Of a stretch of 64,000 bases of DNA, positions 35,668-48,032 are shown in pieces. Location of the stretch: the NCBI GenBank assembly GCA_047495785.1, contig JBLDXI010000026.1:1-64000 (forward strand), given 5' to 3'. The translations under genes and the position numbers were made by a program. Positions within the stretch are counted from its first letter, which is position 1; the number at the start of each line of letters is the position of its first letter. The notes below the pieces were generated by a model. That model searched no databases. It had not been told where the DNA came from and worked only from the letters and a program-made list of their open reading frames with translations. This DNA comes from Lepidodermella squamata (taxonomy: Eukaryota > Animalia > Gastrotricha).

Positions 35668-36631
35668 TCAGAAATTTTCTTTCCAGCGTAAAGCAGGAAG
35701 TTCTTTCTCGGAAAGCTTCTTCCTCGCGACGGCGGGCAGCAGGCTGAGAGCAGCGTAGTCCATAGCGTCAACAGCTTCGTCTATCAGCTTATCGATATAG
35801 GTTACATGACCTTTCGTCTCGTCCATCGATCGAATTCCAGCCTTGGCACAGTGCATTTTGAATGCAGTCTGCAAAGCCTGTCTAATAGGGCGAAGGTCAC
35901 TGTTACACGCAAGCGCAGAGCCTAAAATAATTAGGTTGAAAAGAAAGTAAAATCTAGAAATTTCAACTCACTATTGAAAAGAAGCAGACTGATCATTAAG
36001 GAGGCTTCGATTTTTGTCGGTTTCCATAATCGAATAGCCCGCTCGATTTGCTCGGCCACAAGTTTGACCTTCCTATTATTAGCTATTTCTTTCGGGGCTG
36101 ATTTCGCATCAGACTCGCCCTCAAGCACGTGAGAAGATCGGTTGAGACTTAAGAAAGCGACTAAAATTTGCTTCCAGCCAGTTGCAAAAATTATGTTCAG
36201 ATCGTATCGCGAAATTCCGAAAGACTCTGAAATTAATTCGAATTTTAAATAAAATCGATTTTAAAAACTGTATAACCTTGAATAAATTTCGCGAACGAAT
36301 CTGTCATTTTCGGCGATTTGATAGGAGTAAGTGCCCGGCCATTGTTTTCTGTTACTTTTTGCTAAAAATAAAAAATTTTAATTTGATTTTTAAACTCGAA
36401 ATTACTCACCAATTCATTTGATAAAATTGTTAGCGCTTGAATTGAATTTTTTATCGACTCCTCGGCGAGTGAGCCATCGAAAGAAGCCGGATCAGTTGGG
36501 ATATCTACCTCGTCCGACAGCGATGACCTTCGCCTGAACAGCGATGATGGGCTGATGCTTTTAGGTGGGCCGGCAACATTGATATTATCAGAATCTTCGT
36601 CCTTTTTACCTATCAACGAGGCTTTTTTCAT
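35668..36631 (-). CDS. Nuclear-receptor LBD-only protein, 4 coding exons
   Basis: Spliced product contains FAKFIQESFGISRYDLNIIFATGWKQILV (LBD helix 3-5 signature) and LWKPTKIEASLMISLLLFNS. No CxxC exon seen upstream. Confidence 0.65.
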
Positions 36632-37342
36632 ATTTTTTCACTATAAAAATCTGTGCTGTGCATCGACGGCACAGTCTATCAATCTTCTATTAAATAGTTG
36701 CGATAGATGTTGATGAAATTTGAGACTTTGCTGAATCAGGAAGCGTAGAACTTTATTTTTTTTCACTGCTTTTATCGATCGATCAAAAATAGATGCACCC
36801 TTTTCCGCAACAAGACTGTCCTGCAACTCAATTTGTCAATTCTCAGAGTTTTTCCGCAGCTCATCAACGAAAATGGCATTCTCTCATGGCTAATGAAAAG
36901 ATAATGGAACAAAATCACTTATGCAATGATAATGACCAAAACATTCAGGGTTGACCGTGAAGTGCTTTTTCGCGCCCTTGTTCTTGATATCAATTGCTTG
37001 GTATATATTTTTGGACGATGAAAGCAGGCTACCGGTTGTAATATTATTGAACATGTTCTAGCTATACGCTTTCCCACCTATCTAACAATGATACGCGGCT
37101 GAGTGAACGTAAATATCACCTCTCCTTCCTACTACCTACTGTTAGTATTCATTAAGAAAATCAACTGCGGTATTGGGGAAGATAGGATGCTAATGTAAAC
37201 GATGAGATACAGCATCTGTAAACACACAACATCTATCAACTAAGAGTCGCACAATAGTTCCGCCAATTTACCGAATTGAGGCTGCGGAGCGAGATAATAT
37301 TGCCTTAATAGCGACGATACATATAGCTAAACTGGATCGATT

Positions 37343-39153
37343 ATGAACGCGCTTGCTATCAAACTTGTCTACCTCGCCTTAGTAATGGCGGAAGGTCTAG
37401 GACAAATTCCAGACCCAACACCTCCAGAGTGCTTTGATGCCGTAGGTGAGTATATTATAACCTATAACACTAAAGCGGGAAAACTGATATGTTTCCTATA
37501 GTTTCGGAACACGATGTGACTACCATGATTTTCCGAAAATATTCGGGGAATATAGAACGGCCGCTTTTGAATGGCATGCACACGGTTAACGTCAATATCT
37601 CAATCGGAATTTCTTCCATCAATGATTTGGTAAAATCACCGTAAAAATCTGAAAATTTCACAAAACCTCGTTATTTGTTTTAGATTGAGAGGGATCGAGT
37701 TATTCAAATTTCGGCTTACATCTCGCTGCGATGGTTCGATGAATTTCACGTGTGGAATACGACATTCCCGCATTATTGCATTCCTTACATCGTCGTACCA
37801 GCAATCACTGTTTGGCGACCTGATATCGCCCAGATGAATGACAGGTATAATTTTACGAAAATAATTGAATGATTTCTACAATTTTATACTATGTATAGGC
37901 AAGGGCGTTACACCTTAATGGAGATGGAGGGTGAAAAAATCCGGCTTCATAGCAATGGATTCACGTCGTTCAGTCCAGGTATATGGCCATTTTAAATTAA
38001 ATTATTTTAAATTTTTTATTTTTATTAAGGGGGCGTTTTCGAAGCGTTTTGCGATTTCGATTTCACACTGTAAGTGAGAGATTTTCCTATAAAATGAAAT
38101 TTTCAATTTTATTTTTATTAGTTTCCCGTTTGACGCTCAAATTTGTACTATTCAACTGGAATCTTGGCGGTACACTAGTGGTTTCGTCTCGTTAAAAATC
38201 GGGCATCCAACATTTGTCTACAAATGGTGGGAAAACGACCAGTGGCAATTAGTCGCCACCAACGAGCGAGTTATCGCTGAAAAGTACACGTATCACGATA
38301 TGAAATTCGACCGGGTAGAATTTAGCCTTCACATCAAACGAAAATCCATGTACTACCTGTTGAACATTGTCCTGCCTAGTACTATCATTTCACTGGCTCA
38401 ATTGTCGGTTTTTACGCTGCCACTGGCGGATTCCAGCAAACTTGAAGTTTCATTCACATGCCTATTGTCATTCAGCGTTTTTCAGCTAATGATAGCTAGT
38501 GACATGCCGAGATCTTCGGAACGAATTCCTTACCTATCGATTTATATTGGTCTCAAAATGTTTTACCTAGCTGTTACTATGGTAAGCTTTTATCAACGAA
38601 AAAAGTCTGTTATTTCAATATTTTGTACTAGCTAGGAGAAGGGCTTGTCTTCATGTTGGCAAAACGAGCCGAGCCGAATTATGGCCAACTCCCGGAGTGC
38701 TTCTTCAAGATCTTCCTAGCTTTAGGTCACATTTTTTGTGTCAGCCGGAAGCATTTAAATGTCGAGTTAAAACGTCGGGATAGTTTGAAGAGACAGCGAA
38801 GTAACATGAAAGCCGCAGCCGAGGCGAACACGAGGCGCAAGCGCAGTTTGAAACTGGCGTCTTTGAGCGAATTCGACATTTTCGACAAAATGTCGTACCA
38901 AGAATCACTCAACGAAACTATTTCGGTCAGTTTTAATGTTTTTTTTTTAAATAAGTAAATTTAGATTCTGAATATTTTATTTTAGGAATTGAAATTGAAT
39001 CCGGAATCCGCACAAGAAAGGGCTTACTCGGAAGATAGACGTCGCGTTCGATGGATTTATGCTGCCCGGGTGCTTGATCGACTCATTGGCTGGCTTTACT
39101 TCTTAGGAATTACACTCACACCCGCTGTAATATTCGCATTCCTGCTATTATAA
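37343..39153 (+). CDS. Cys-loop channel subunit 2
   Basis: Paralog of subunit 1: CDFDFTLFPFDAQIC, LESWRY, M2 KLEVSFTCLLSFSVF, M4 WIYAARVLDRL. Confidence 0.9.
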
Positions 39154-39276
39154 ATAGAACATTTCGGGAATAAATAAATCAAACCATTTGTATAAATCAA
39201 CATTTTTCGAAGCAAAACTTATTTTAATGAGCTCATTCGATTATTTCAAGAATAATTGTTTCGAAAGGTTGGTCAG

Positions 39277-39484
39277 CCTAAATTAGGTTTCCAGCACTAA
39301 ATTTGAGGCTTCAGACATTAGAATAATATGGTACCTATGTCCCAAGAATCTCCATCATTCATTATCATAACTGACAAATAATCCCAGGGCCCAGGGCCAT
39401 CTCAAAGAAAGCTTAAATCGTAAAATATCGGTTTTGTGATGGGACGCGGGACGCTCAAATTTAGTTCTGGAACCTCAATTTAAG
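39277..39484. mobile_element. Short MITE-like element with about 30-bp imperfect inverted termini
   Basis: Left CCTAAATTAGGTTTCCAGCACTAAATTTGAG; right CTCAAATTTAGTTCTGGAACCTCAATTTAAG. Confidence 0.55.
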
Positions 39485-39654
39485 TGGCGCATACTGTGAG
39501 ATCCTTTCCTATGGAAGCGCAATCTCGTAACAGCGTTCAAGCTACCAAAATTTCTGTATTTTCGCCTACGTCTCATGATTTTCGCTAGTTATTATCCTTA
39601 ATAAGCGTCATAGAGCTATAAAAGATTCCAGCTGATTTAGGGGAACATCATCTT

Positions 39655-41559
39655 TCAAACATCGACCATAGTCTCATTTCCAACGGCAAATGTCTCTTCG
39701 CCGCAATTCAGCATGGCCACAAACAGAACGCTAGAGTATGCCAGACAAACATTAGTAACAAAAATCAGACAATTAATGCGCTCGATAACATTGGCGACGA
39801 AGATCCAACGATTTCTCCAGGCGTATTTCGGCGATTCGTAAACGTGGCTCTTCAGGCTACTGTTCCGATGATTCATCAAAGCGTTGTTGATGTGATCCTC
39901 GATCATATCGTAATTACCGCTGTTACGATTGCTGCCGAAGACTTGTTTATTCGCCGCCGTGTCTCCGATTTCGTCGTAGATTGAGTTGTTTTTCAGCGAC
40001 GAACCTTCAACGCTGATTTTCGACTCGGGGCTTGTGACTAGAATTTTCGTCTCTTCAGGGCGATTTTCGTGTTTGCCATCATCGTCACTTGCTAGACATA
40101 CGGCCTTGCCTAGACCTCGGAACAATGAGTAGGCTAAATCCGGAATCCGACGGCCATATCGTGCTTTCTTCAGGCAAATGAATACAAGTCCCTCGCCAAG
40201 CTATAAATAAAAAATCAATTAAATTATTTCGCGTAAAAATTGAATTGTAAGTCACCAAGAAAACTGCAATGCACAGCATTTTTATCGTGATGAAAGACGT
40301 TAAAATAGGCACGTTAGTTGATGAATGAGGCAGTTCGTTCCAAACAATCAGTTGAAGCACCAAGTAAGCCAGCAGGCATGAGAAGGATACTTCGATTTTA
40401 AGAGGTTCATCAATCGGCAAAGCTAATACTGAAAGTTGGGCCAAGCATAAAATGCCACTAGGCAAAATTACGCTCAGAATGAAATCAGCCGCTTTTCGTT
40501 TGAGGTGGATGAAAAATTCGATGCGGTCAAATTTTAATTCAGAATAATTAGCTGATTCAGAAAACAGCTTCTGGCTAGTGCCAAGGATGACCCATTGGTC
40601 GTTCGAAAGGGTTCGATCGGACCTTTTAAAGCTACCGAGTCGCAGCGAAACGAAATTATTCGAATATCGCGAAGAATCAAGTATGATTGTGCATCTCTGG
40701 CGATCGAATGGAAACCTAATCATGAAATTATACCATCATAATTGGCAGATTTAATTAACCATACCATGTAAAATCGAAGTCGCAGCTGAAGTCTAGTAGG
40801 CCAGCTTTTAGATTGGAAATAGAGCTAATTTATTGACAATTTTAATTCATAGAAGGTTTTACCGGATCTGTAATTTGCCACGCCATTGCTTTGAAGCCGA
40901 ACCTTTTCCCCAACATTGCCCGATATCAAGTAATTCCGCCCATTTCTGTCGGAAACAAAATTATTAATTAAGATGAACAATGTAAAATATTTCGGTAACT
41001 TTTCGTTGGCAATCGTTAGATCAGGAATCCAAAGTTTCTCAGCCGGTAAGACTATTCCAAAAAAATATTATCAATTTTAGCGGGAATTCGTCCTCGAAAC
41101 TTACCAACGTAAGGTATGCATCTTTGGGGATATGATTGATTCCAAACGTGAAACTCGTCAAACCATGCTAGTTCGAAATTCGTGGCGATTCGCACTGATC
41201 GATCTTTTTCGAACTTGAATATAACAAAAATTTATTATCCCTTGAAGCCGGTACCAAGCAAGATTTTACCACATTTGCAATGCCGGAAAGACTAAGAGAT
41301 ACGTTAACAACTACGGTATGCAACGCGTTTCGACGAGGTCGATTGATCGGGCTCGAAAAATTTCGAAAAATCAATTTTGTAATGTCCTGTTCATTTACTG
41401 GAATATTTTTGAAATAAAACATTGCTCGCTAATTTTAGGAAATTTTTCACCTCGATATTGAAGACATTCGCTAGGTGTCAATTCGGGAAATTGAGCGTAA
41501 CATGTTTCGTGTCGAAAGGTGAAGTAATAGATTATAAAAACGATAACCTTGTATTCCAT
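39655..41559 (-). CDS. Cys-loop channel subunit 3
   Basis: Cys-loop CDFDFTWFPFDRQRC, LWIPD, M2 KIEVSFSCLLAYLVL, LPHSSTNVPIL, M4 WIFVANVIERI. Confidence 0.88.
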
Positions 41560-41865
41560 TGATTTTTCAATAAAAAGAAAATACGTGGACTGAAGATATA
41601 CTGTTATTATTTTCCGCCTTAAACTGCGCTATCCAGTGCAAATCCAGCGATAGCGTGGTGGAAATCGCTCAACACTCCTGATTGTAGATCATTAGTGCAA
41701 ATAAAAAACCGCCCGCGCACCTGTGAAAGATAACCCCCCCTCGCACCAATGATGATTCTCCCATCAAAAATACATCTTTATTATATACTTTTAATATAAA
41801 CGTAGAAAAGTAACTCGACTTGATAAGGCACATAGATTTATATCGAAATTATATTAGCGTGGTCA

Positions 41866-43787
41866 TTATTGATTGCTGCTTTGGTCTGGCGAAACTTCAC
41901 CAACTAGAGGTGGCACTATGTTGATGACAACGCCCTGAGCGCGGTATTTTTCCCGCCAATTCATTGCCGAGTTTTGACTTTCCATCAATTGCCGCTGCCA
42001 GAAGCGCTGTTGCCGCTTCATGGCTATCATCGCCACGGCGCTGTCTTGCCTGGCCCGCCGCCGTAAACGGTAGTGCGCGCTGCAAAAGCGCAACATTTCG
42101 CCGCATTTTCTCAACCACCTGCCCAGCCGGATGGGGGCCATGAAAATTTCGTAAAATAACAACCCGTAGCCTAGCTTCACTTCGGGCATTCGTATTACGT
42201 AAATCGCTGTATCGAGAAAGCAGTTGAGCAGGATCAGCAGTTGAATGTAGCCGATGAGATTGACAAGCGTGATAATATCGCCCGATTGCTCGGCTGGGTT
42301 CGGCCGGGTTACCTTCAGCGAAACCTCCAGAATTGAATACGGCACCGAACAGAGGACAAAACTCATGAATATCAACATTGTAGTAACGAGGCCACGTTTT
42401 TTACAAAGCATCGACATTGTTAATTGATGGTGGACGATTCTATTCTGTTAAGTAAAATTTAGGAATTATTAGAATAAAATAAATTAATTAAACAATTTAA
42501 TTAAATTAAAATCTAAGAAGACTTACAGATGCCGGGATCGGGGTTGTTTGAAAAATTCTCACAAAAATTGTGGCGTAGCACACCGTCATAATAATTAACG
42601 AGACCAGCCCAACTACCCACCAGGCTGATGGGAAAAAAAATCGGAATTTTAATTATCGGAGAATTATTGATCGGCTAAAACCTTTTTGAGTTCCACTCTC
42701 AACGCACGAGACTACCATGCAATAATCAGCTTTACTTGGCTCGTTGCCAAGATCACAGCTAGCATCCATCAGCATTTGATTATTTCCGAAAATTTGAACC
42801 ACGTAAAAATCAGCGAACCCAACCGCCAGCGAGATAAGCCAAACGCCAATCAGCGAATATTTCGCGCTGATATAGTGCCGAATGCGGTTGACCTGAGGCC
42901 AGCTTGGGACAATATAGCAGAAGTGGTAGACAGCTAGTACGCAGAGGGTTAACATTTCGGAAATATTGCCAGTGTAAAAGAAACTCTCGAACGCCTTTTC
43001 GGTGCAAACAACCCCGGCGCTGTCCCACATTGACCTCGCCTCAGCGACCCAGATTGTAACGGGAAGGCCGACGAAGCGGCAGGCTATGAAAGCATTCGAA
43101 AATAACAGACTGATAATCATTGCGTAGCGTTTCGTTGCAGGGTGGCCAGCTTTATACAACCGATGTCGACGGCCGACTAATACGGCCTGAAAAAAAATGT
43201 AAAAATAAATCGTGAAACATAAATCAACTAACCAATAATGTGAAAACCACAGCTAGAAATGCTGAAGAAGCAATGACGAATATTAAGACGGATTCTCGTA
43301 GTAATTTTTTGCGAGTCCTTTCCAAAACGGCGTAGACATCAGCAGGTCCGTAGCTATCACCTTCATCGATAAATTCATCCGCATCCGGGTAGATAGTCGT
43401 GGCTCTGAAAGCGGTAGAGTAATTTCGAGTCGCATTATAATGATTATCGACCGGTAACAGCGATTGAAAGTTGAAACTTGGCAGGGGTGAAAATGAAAAC
43501 AGTGATTTGTAAGTTTGCGTCAAATGCACAATTTCGCGCAGTCGATTCATGTCGAAGAGCAGAAATGATGATGAGCTGTCACCGCCAGCAGCAGCTGCTG
43601 CCGGCCTCGCGCTGCTGGTGAAGTAATTTTTTGCGTACTCATTATTAGCTGCGTCCGCGCTAATTGAATTGTGCTGTCGGCCCGTACCAGCAGCATATGT
43701 CGGTGATAGTTCGAGATTCCGTCGTGAAAAATTGCTGTTGCTGGGTTGACTGCTCAGTCTGATGGGAAATAGCCGATTTGCCGACAT
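41866..43787 (-). CDS. Orphan rhodopsin-class GPCR with long N-terminus, 4 exons
   Basis: Seven hydrophobic segments over four exons. TM6 KKRGLVTTMLIFMSFVLCSVPY; TM7 NCFLDTAIYVIRMPEVK. DRY position reads YHF. Confidence 0.8.
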
Positions 43788-44802
43788 GGCGCCTGCTATA
43801 TGGTCACGCTATTTTCCACCACGTGGTAAAAGCGCGTGTCCTACCATTACTATAAGGTGCGTAAAATTTCAATAAATAAATCCGCGTTCAATTTACGATC
43901 ATGAACAACATTGGTTTCTAACTTGATTTTAGAAATAAAATAAAAATGTAAGCAAATTTATTCCAAGAAATTTTTTTATGGGGTTAATTAGAAGTCAGAA
44001 ACCGGAGTAAGCTTCGCTGAATGAAAATATACTTTTACGGCGTAATTCGCGTTAGCCTTATTGTCGTAAATATATATTCGAACTTGTGGATGAAGTGCGA
44101 AGAGCATGACGTCGTTAAGTGATTATAGAGTGCGGCAAATATGACAAAAAACTGCAGAAGTATATGGCAAGTGTTCATTGACCCGCTCATGTGATGGCAA
44201 TAATCGATTTCTGGAATATCACGAGACATTTTTATATAACCGTACAATGACAATGTGAGAGATAGGAAGCTGCGTGATTTTTTTCAATCCCATTCAGTCT
44301 TTTTTGAGGCCACTATTTCAGTACTGCCAATATTAAAAGCCATACAATTTATAATTTTAATATACTTACCCGCAGTTCGAAAACCTAAAAAAGAGGGTTC
44401 CAAATTTGAACTAACTTTATACCCTGACATCTATTTTCGGTTTTAGCGCGGTATTCTCAATGAACTCACCGCATTAATCACCACACTTAATAAATTCCGA
44501 GGCCTCATTGTTATCCGTTGCACCAGACACATGGTTGCGATATTGTAAAAATGTCATTTCTAAATAATTTCCTCCTCGTAATAACGGAAACGTTAGATTA
44601 AAAAAATTACTGTAGCCCAAAACATTTTTTAGAACAAGGAGAAACATGAATCAGAATTGCCCTGGTTTCATCCTGGGTGACTAATAAAACAACGCACACA
44701 AAGTTTATCAATTGAAAGTTTATTCATCGCTAATACAAAAATTGAAAAAATCTTAATAATTTTAATTATCCATGTTCCCATCAAAATTCGTGGAGAGATA
44801 GA

Positions 44803-45966
44803 TCAGTTGTTCGCTGTTAACAAAACATTAATAGGATTACCGACAAAACTTGAAAATATATTCCTACCTTTGTAGCCAATGTAACGTCGAGTGGGACATT
44901 TGTCTTGCTGTTCGCTCGAAAAGTTGATATTTGTACGAACAGGCGGTGTTTCGACGGCTGAGCCTTGTTGCTGCATGCGCATCGGCATCGGCCTGTAATT
45001 ATCGATCAGGGGCACATGAACTCCAGCTAGCTCTCGAGTTGCTTTTAGATCTCTCAAGGCATTCATCTTCAATAAAAAAAATGCAGAAATTAGCGGCAAA
45101 AAAACGCCAAAATAATTTACGTGACTTCGAGACATGAGAAGAGGCCGATTTGAAATTATCCATACGACGGACTCGGCACAAGGAGGGCGGGTCATTGAGC
45201 CCTCATAGGTCATGTAAAATGAGGTAGATGGTAATAAATTTGACAATGCATAGTTCGAAATCACTGTTTGAGCATCTGAAACGATACTTAATGTCTCTCA
45301 AGTGATAAAAAAATTAAAATAAATTATTCACCTTTATATTGAACGTCCTTAATTTTATCCATGATTGTCCTGACGTCTCCTGTTATCTCAGCCTCAAGAC
45401 CAACTCGGAATAGGATGGAAATAGCGACTATTCCTAGCGGCTGTGAGATCGCGCTAGAATAATTTCCGAACAAGACGTTGTAGCCAATAAGTTGTAACTC
45501 AGCCGGGAATCGTTTGCCGCCTATTGAGTGCTCGGATCCTGTGTCATCGGATGACCCCCAGTGCAAATGACCTTCGTAAAAGTCATATTCGTAAACCAGC
45601 CTAATTTATTGAAAAACATCAAGGATTTTAATCGAAATTTCAGCATCGAACTTACGGTCCGCCGTATATTCGAATTTTTGTTGTAGTATCCGTTGTCAAG
45701 GTGATGTCAAGGCCTGTGTTCGTGAGAATCAGCGACGACCTGTAGCGAGAGATCTCAAGCGGTGTCTTAAGAGTTGGATCGAACAGGAGCTGTTCTGGGT
45801 CGATATCAATCGGTGATTGCCGGCGGCCGATTCTACATTGATGGAACCCAATAAAATAACCCCACGACTCCGGACCTCGGCCAGTCGAAGGCCAGTAATT
45901 CCAGTCGGTGAAAAGCCCATCGACAGACGTGAGATATATGATAAAAATTAGCAGTGAGAATTTCAT
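44803..45966 (-). CDS. Secreted carbonic-anhydrase-related protein (CA10/11-like, acatalytic), 5 exons
   Basis: Signal peptide, GPESWG, GRRQSPIDI, HLHWG..GSEH, TYEGSMTRPPCAESV. ELQL replaces the third Zn-binding His with Gln. Confidence 0.9.
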
Positions 45967-48032
45967 GATAATTCGGGGTTTAAAATCTGGAACAAAGCTT
46001 TAAACTGCGCTTTTCAATGAATTAAAACGATGATCTCCCATGTGGGTCATCATCATTGCGGTGATGAAGCGTAAAGAAATTGCGCTATATGTATAGCTAG
46101 TATTGTTGCAATGCAATGCGACAAATCGAATTTATCAGCCAGGGCAAATCAGGGCCAATAAGGCGCGCGTGGCGCGGCTAATTAAATGTGCGCGCGCATT
46201 TTTGGCAGCGACTGGTGACACGCGCCTTGTAATCCTGGTGTTGTGTGAATCATCATCTTATGCGCAAACATTTGTGTCAAGTATCCGCGCGACAATGTCT
46301 CGGTCGCGGCTAGGGCCGGGCCAGCAGCAGGCTATCTCGCTTACAACATCATATTCTCGTCCTCCCTTCACCGAGATTTGAGCACTATATGCGGTTTTGA
46401 TCTATTTGGTAAAAATACTGGTTTAAATATTTGCTCATCAATCATCAATCCGCGCAATGTATTCCCCGTGAGAGACAAGCACTCTCATCAGGCTAATTAT
46501 TTTATTTTCCGAAACATTCGACCTAACCGCATCATAGTAAGGACTCCGGAAACAAAAAATCTGATAGTAAACAATCATTTTAAGATCAATTTTTCAATTA
46601 ATAGCAGTTGGGTAATGAAATATAGTAGAAACAGGTAAATGTTTCAGTTTTTCGCACCAAGGTTGCTCCGGATAATCGCCTTGGCTCACGCTTCCAGTGC
46701 GTGTAGTGTTTCCCGTATGCTGTATCATGAGCTGACTTGGCATACAACTTGTATGAGCAGCGAAAGATTATAACAATAACAACAATTGAAAGCTGTAAAA
46801 AACTGTGCGCGGATTTACGCCATGTGGGCGACTGTAGTAACAATATCGGCCGTGCATTTACCCTTCTATAAAACCTGGGCGAAAAATAAACGCTGTCAAA
46901 CATTAACATCTCCACCTTTCTAGAGGCTCGGCAGTTTTAGACTTTTTTCTATTTTTTTCAAATTTTTATTGTCAGTAACTTGTAGCCACGCCAAATAGCC
47001 GATGATGAATACAAATAGCGCAACGGACGGTATCGATTGATAGTCGATGACAAATGGCTGATTCCTGTTTAAGAGGTTCGCGATAAGTTTTTATTAACGA
47101 TGCAGAAAATTTTCCATGGGGACACAGTTGAATTATTTTGACACTAAATTCGACACAAACATCCCACCATAAAATTGCTGCAAAATTTCAAACTTTAACA
47201 TTTCGTTTCATTATTATTTATGAACTGAATTCTATCAGATGAACGTTTTCGGCCCAGAATATACCATCGGTATCTATTTTCGCTGTGAAATATTGATATT
47301 TTAGGATGAAACGAAAATTTCGGCTTGATAGCAGCAAAACAACAATGAATAAATAATGCGGCTGTAAACTCGTTTCATATTACTCATACTGACAGCGATC
47401 AGTTTTACACAAGGCGATAATTGTTTATTGTTTACCTGGCAAAATCGACCTAGCGCGTGTTTTGTTTTTCCGTTTTTTGCACCCGCATTGCTCGTGTGCG
47501 GCAACTATTACACGCGCGCGACAACACGCGATGAAAAAATCAGGTTGCGCCAAAAATCGAAGGTGCGCAAAAACGCGATAAGTGCGCCTGTGACATATAT
47601 GCAATGTGTTTTCGCAACTGTACAACTGCTATTGCCGCATTGATCTCGTAGCAGCACATGCTGTTGCGGTTAATTATTGATGGCATAGAAAGAAGAGCGA
47701 AAATTGTCTGCAAAATATTTTGGGGTGTGTGATCGAACTGGCCGTCTAAAAGCTGCAAAAACCATGCCACTCAAACCTCTATACCGATCTGACCGGCAAT
47801 GGAATTCATTCAGTTAGAGCTTAGTAAATTTATCCTTCGATCATAACTTCAAGAAAATACTCTGCGAAATATATCCTATAATAGCCGGCCTGGCTGGGAC
47901 TTGGCATTTCTGAGCCTATAATTCCTCAGTCTGGGCCTGAAGCCGCTCGACTGATTTATGATTAATAATTAAAAGCTCCACCTTAATTTCGCAAATCAAA
48001 TTTTCCGCATTTTCTTCCGTTTTTTAGGCGGT

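Noticed and set aside
44803-45966. Loss of a zinc ligand in the carbonic anhydrase as a novelty
   Set aside because: Expected for the known CA10/CA11-type CARP family.
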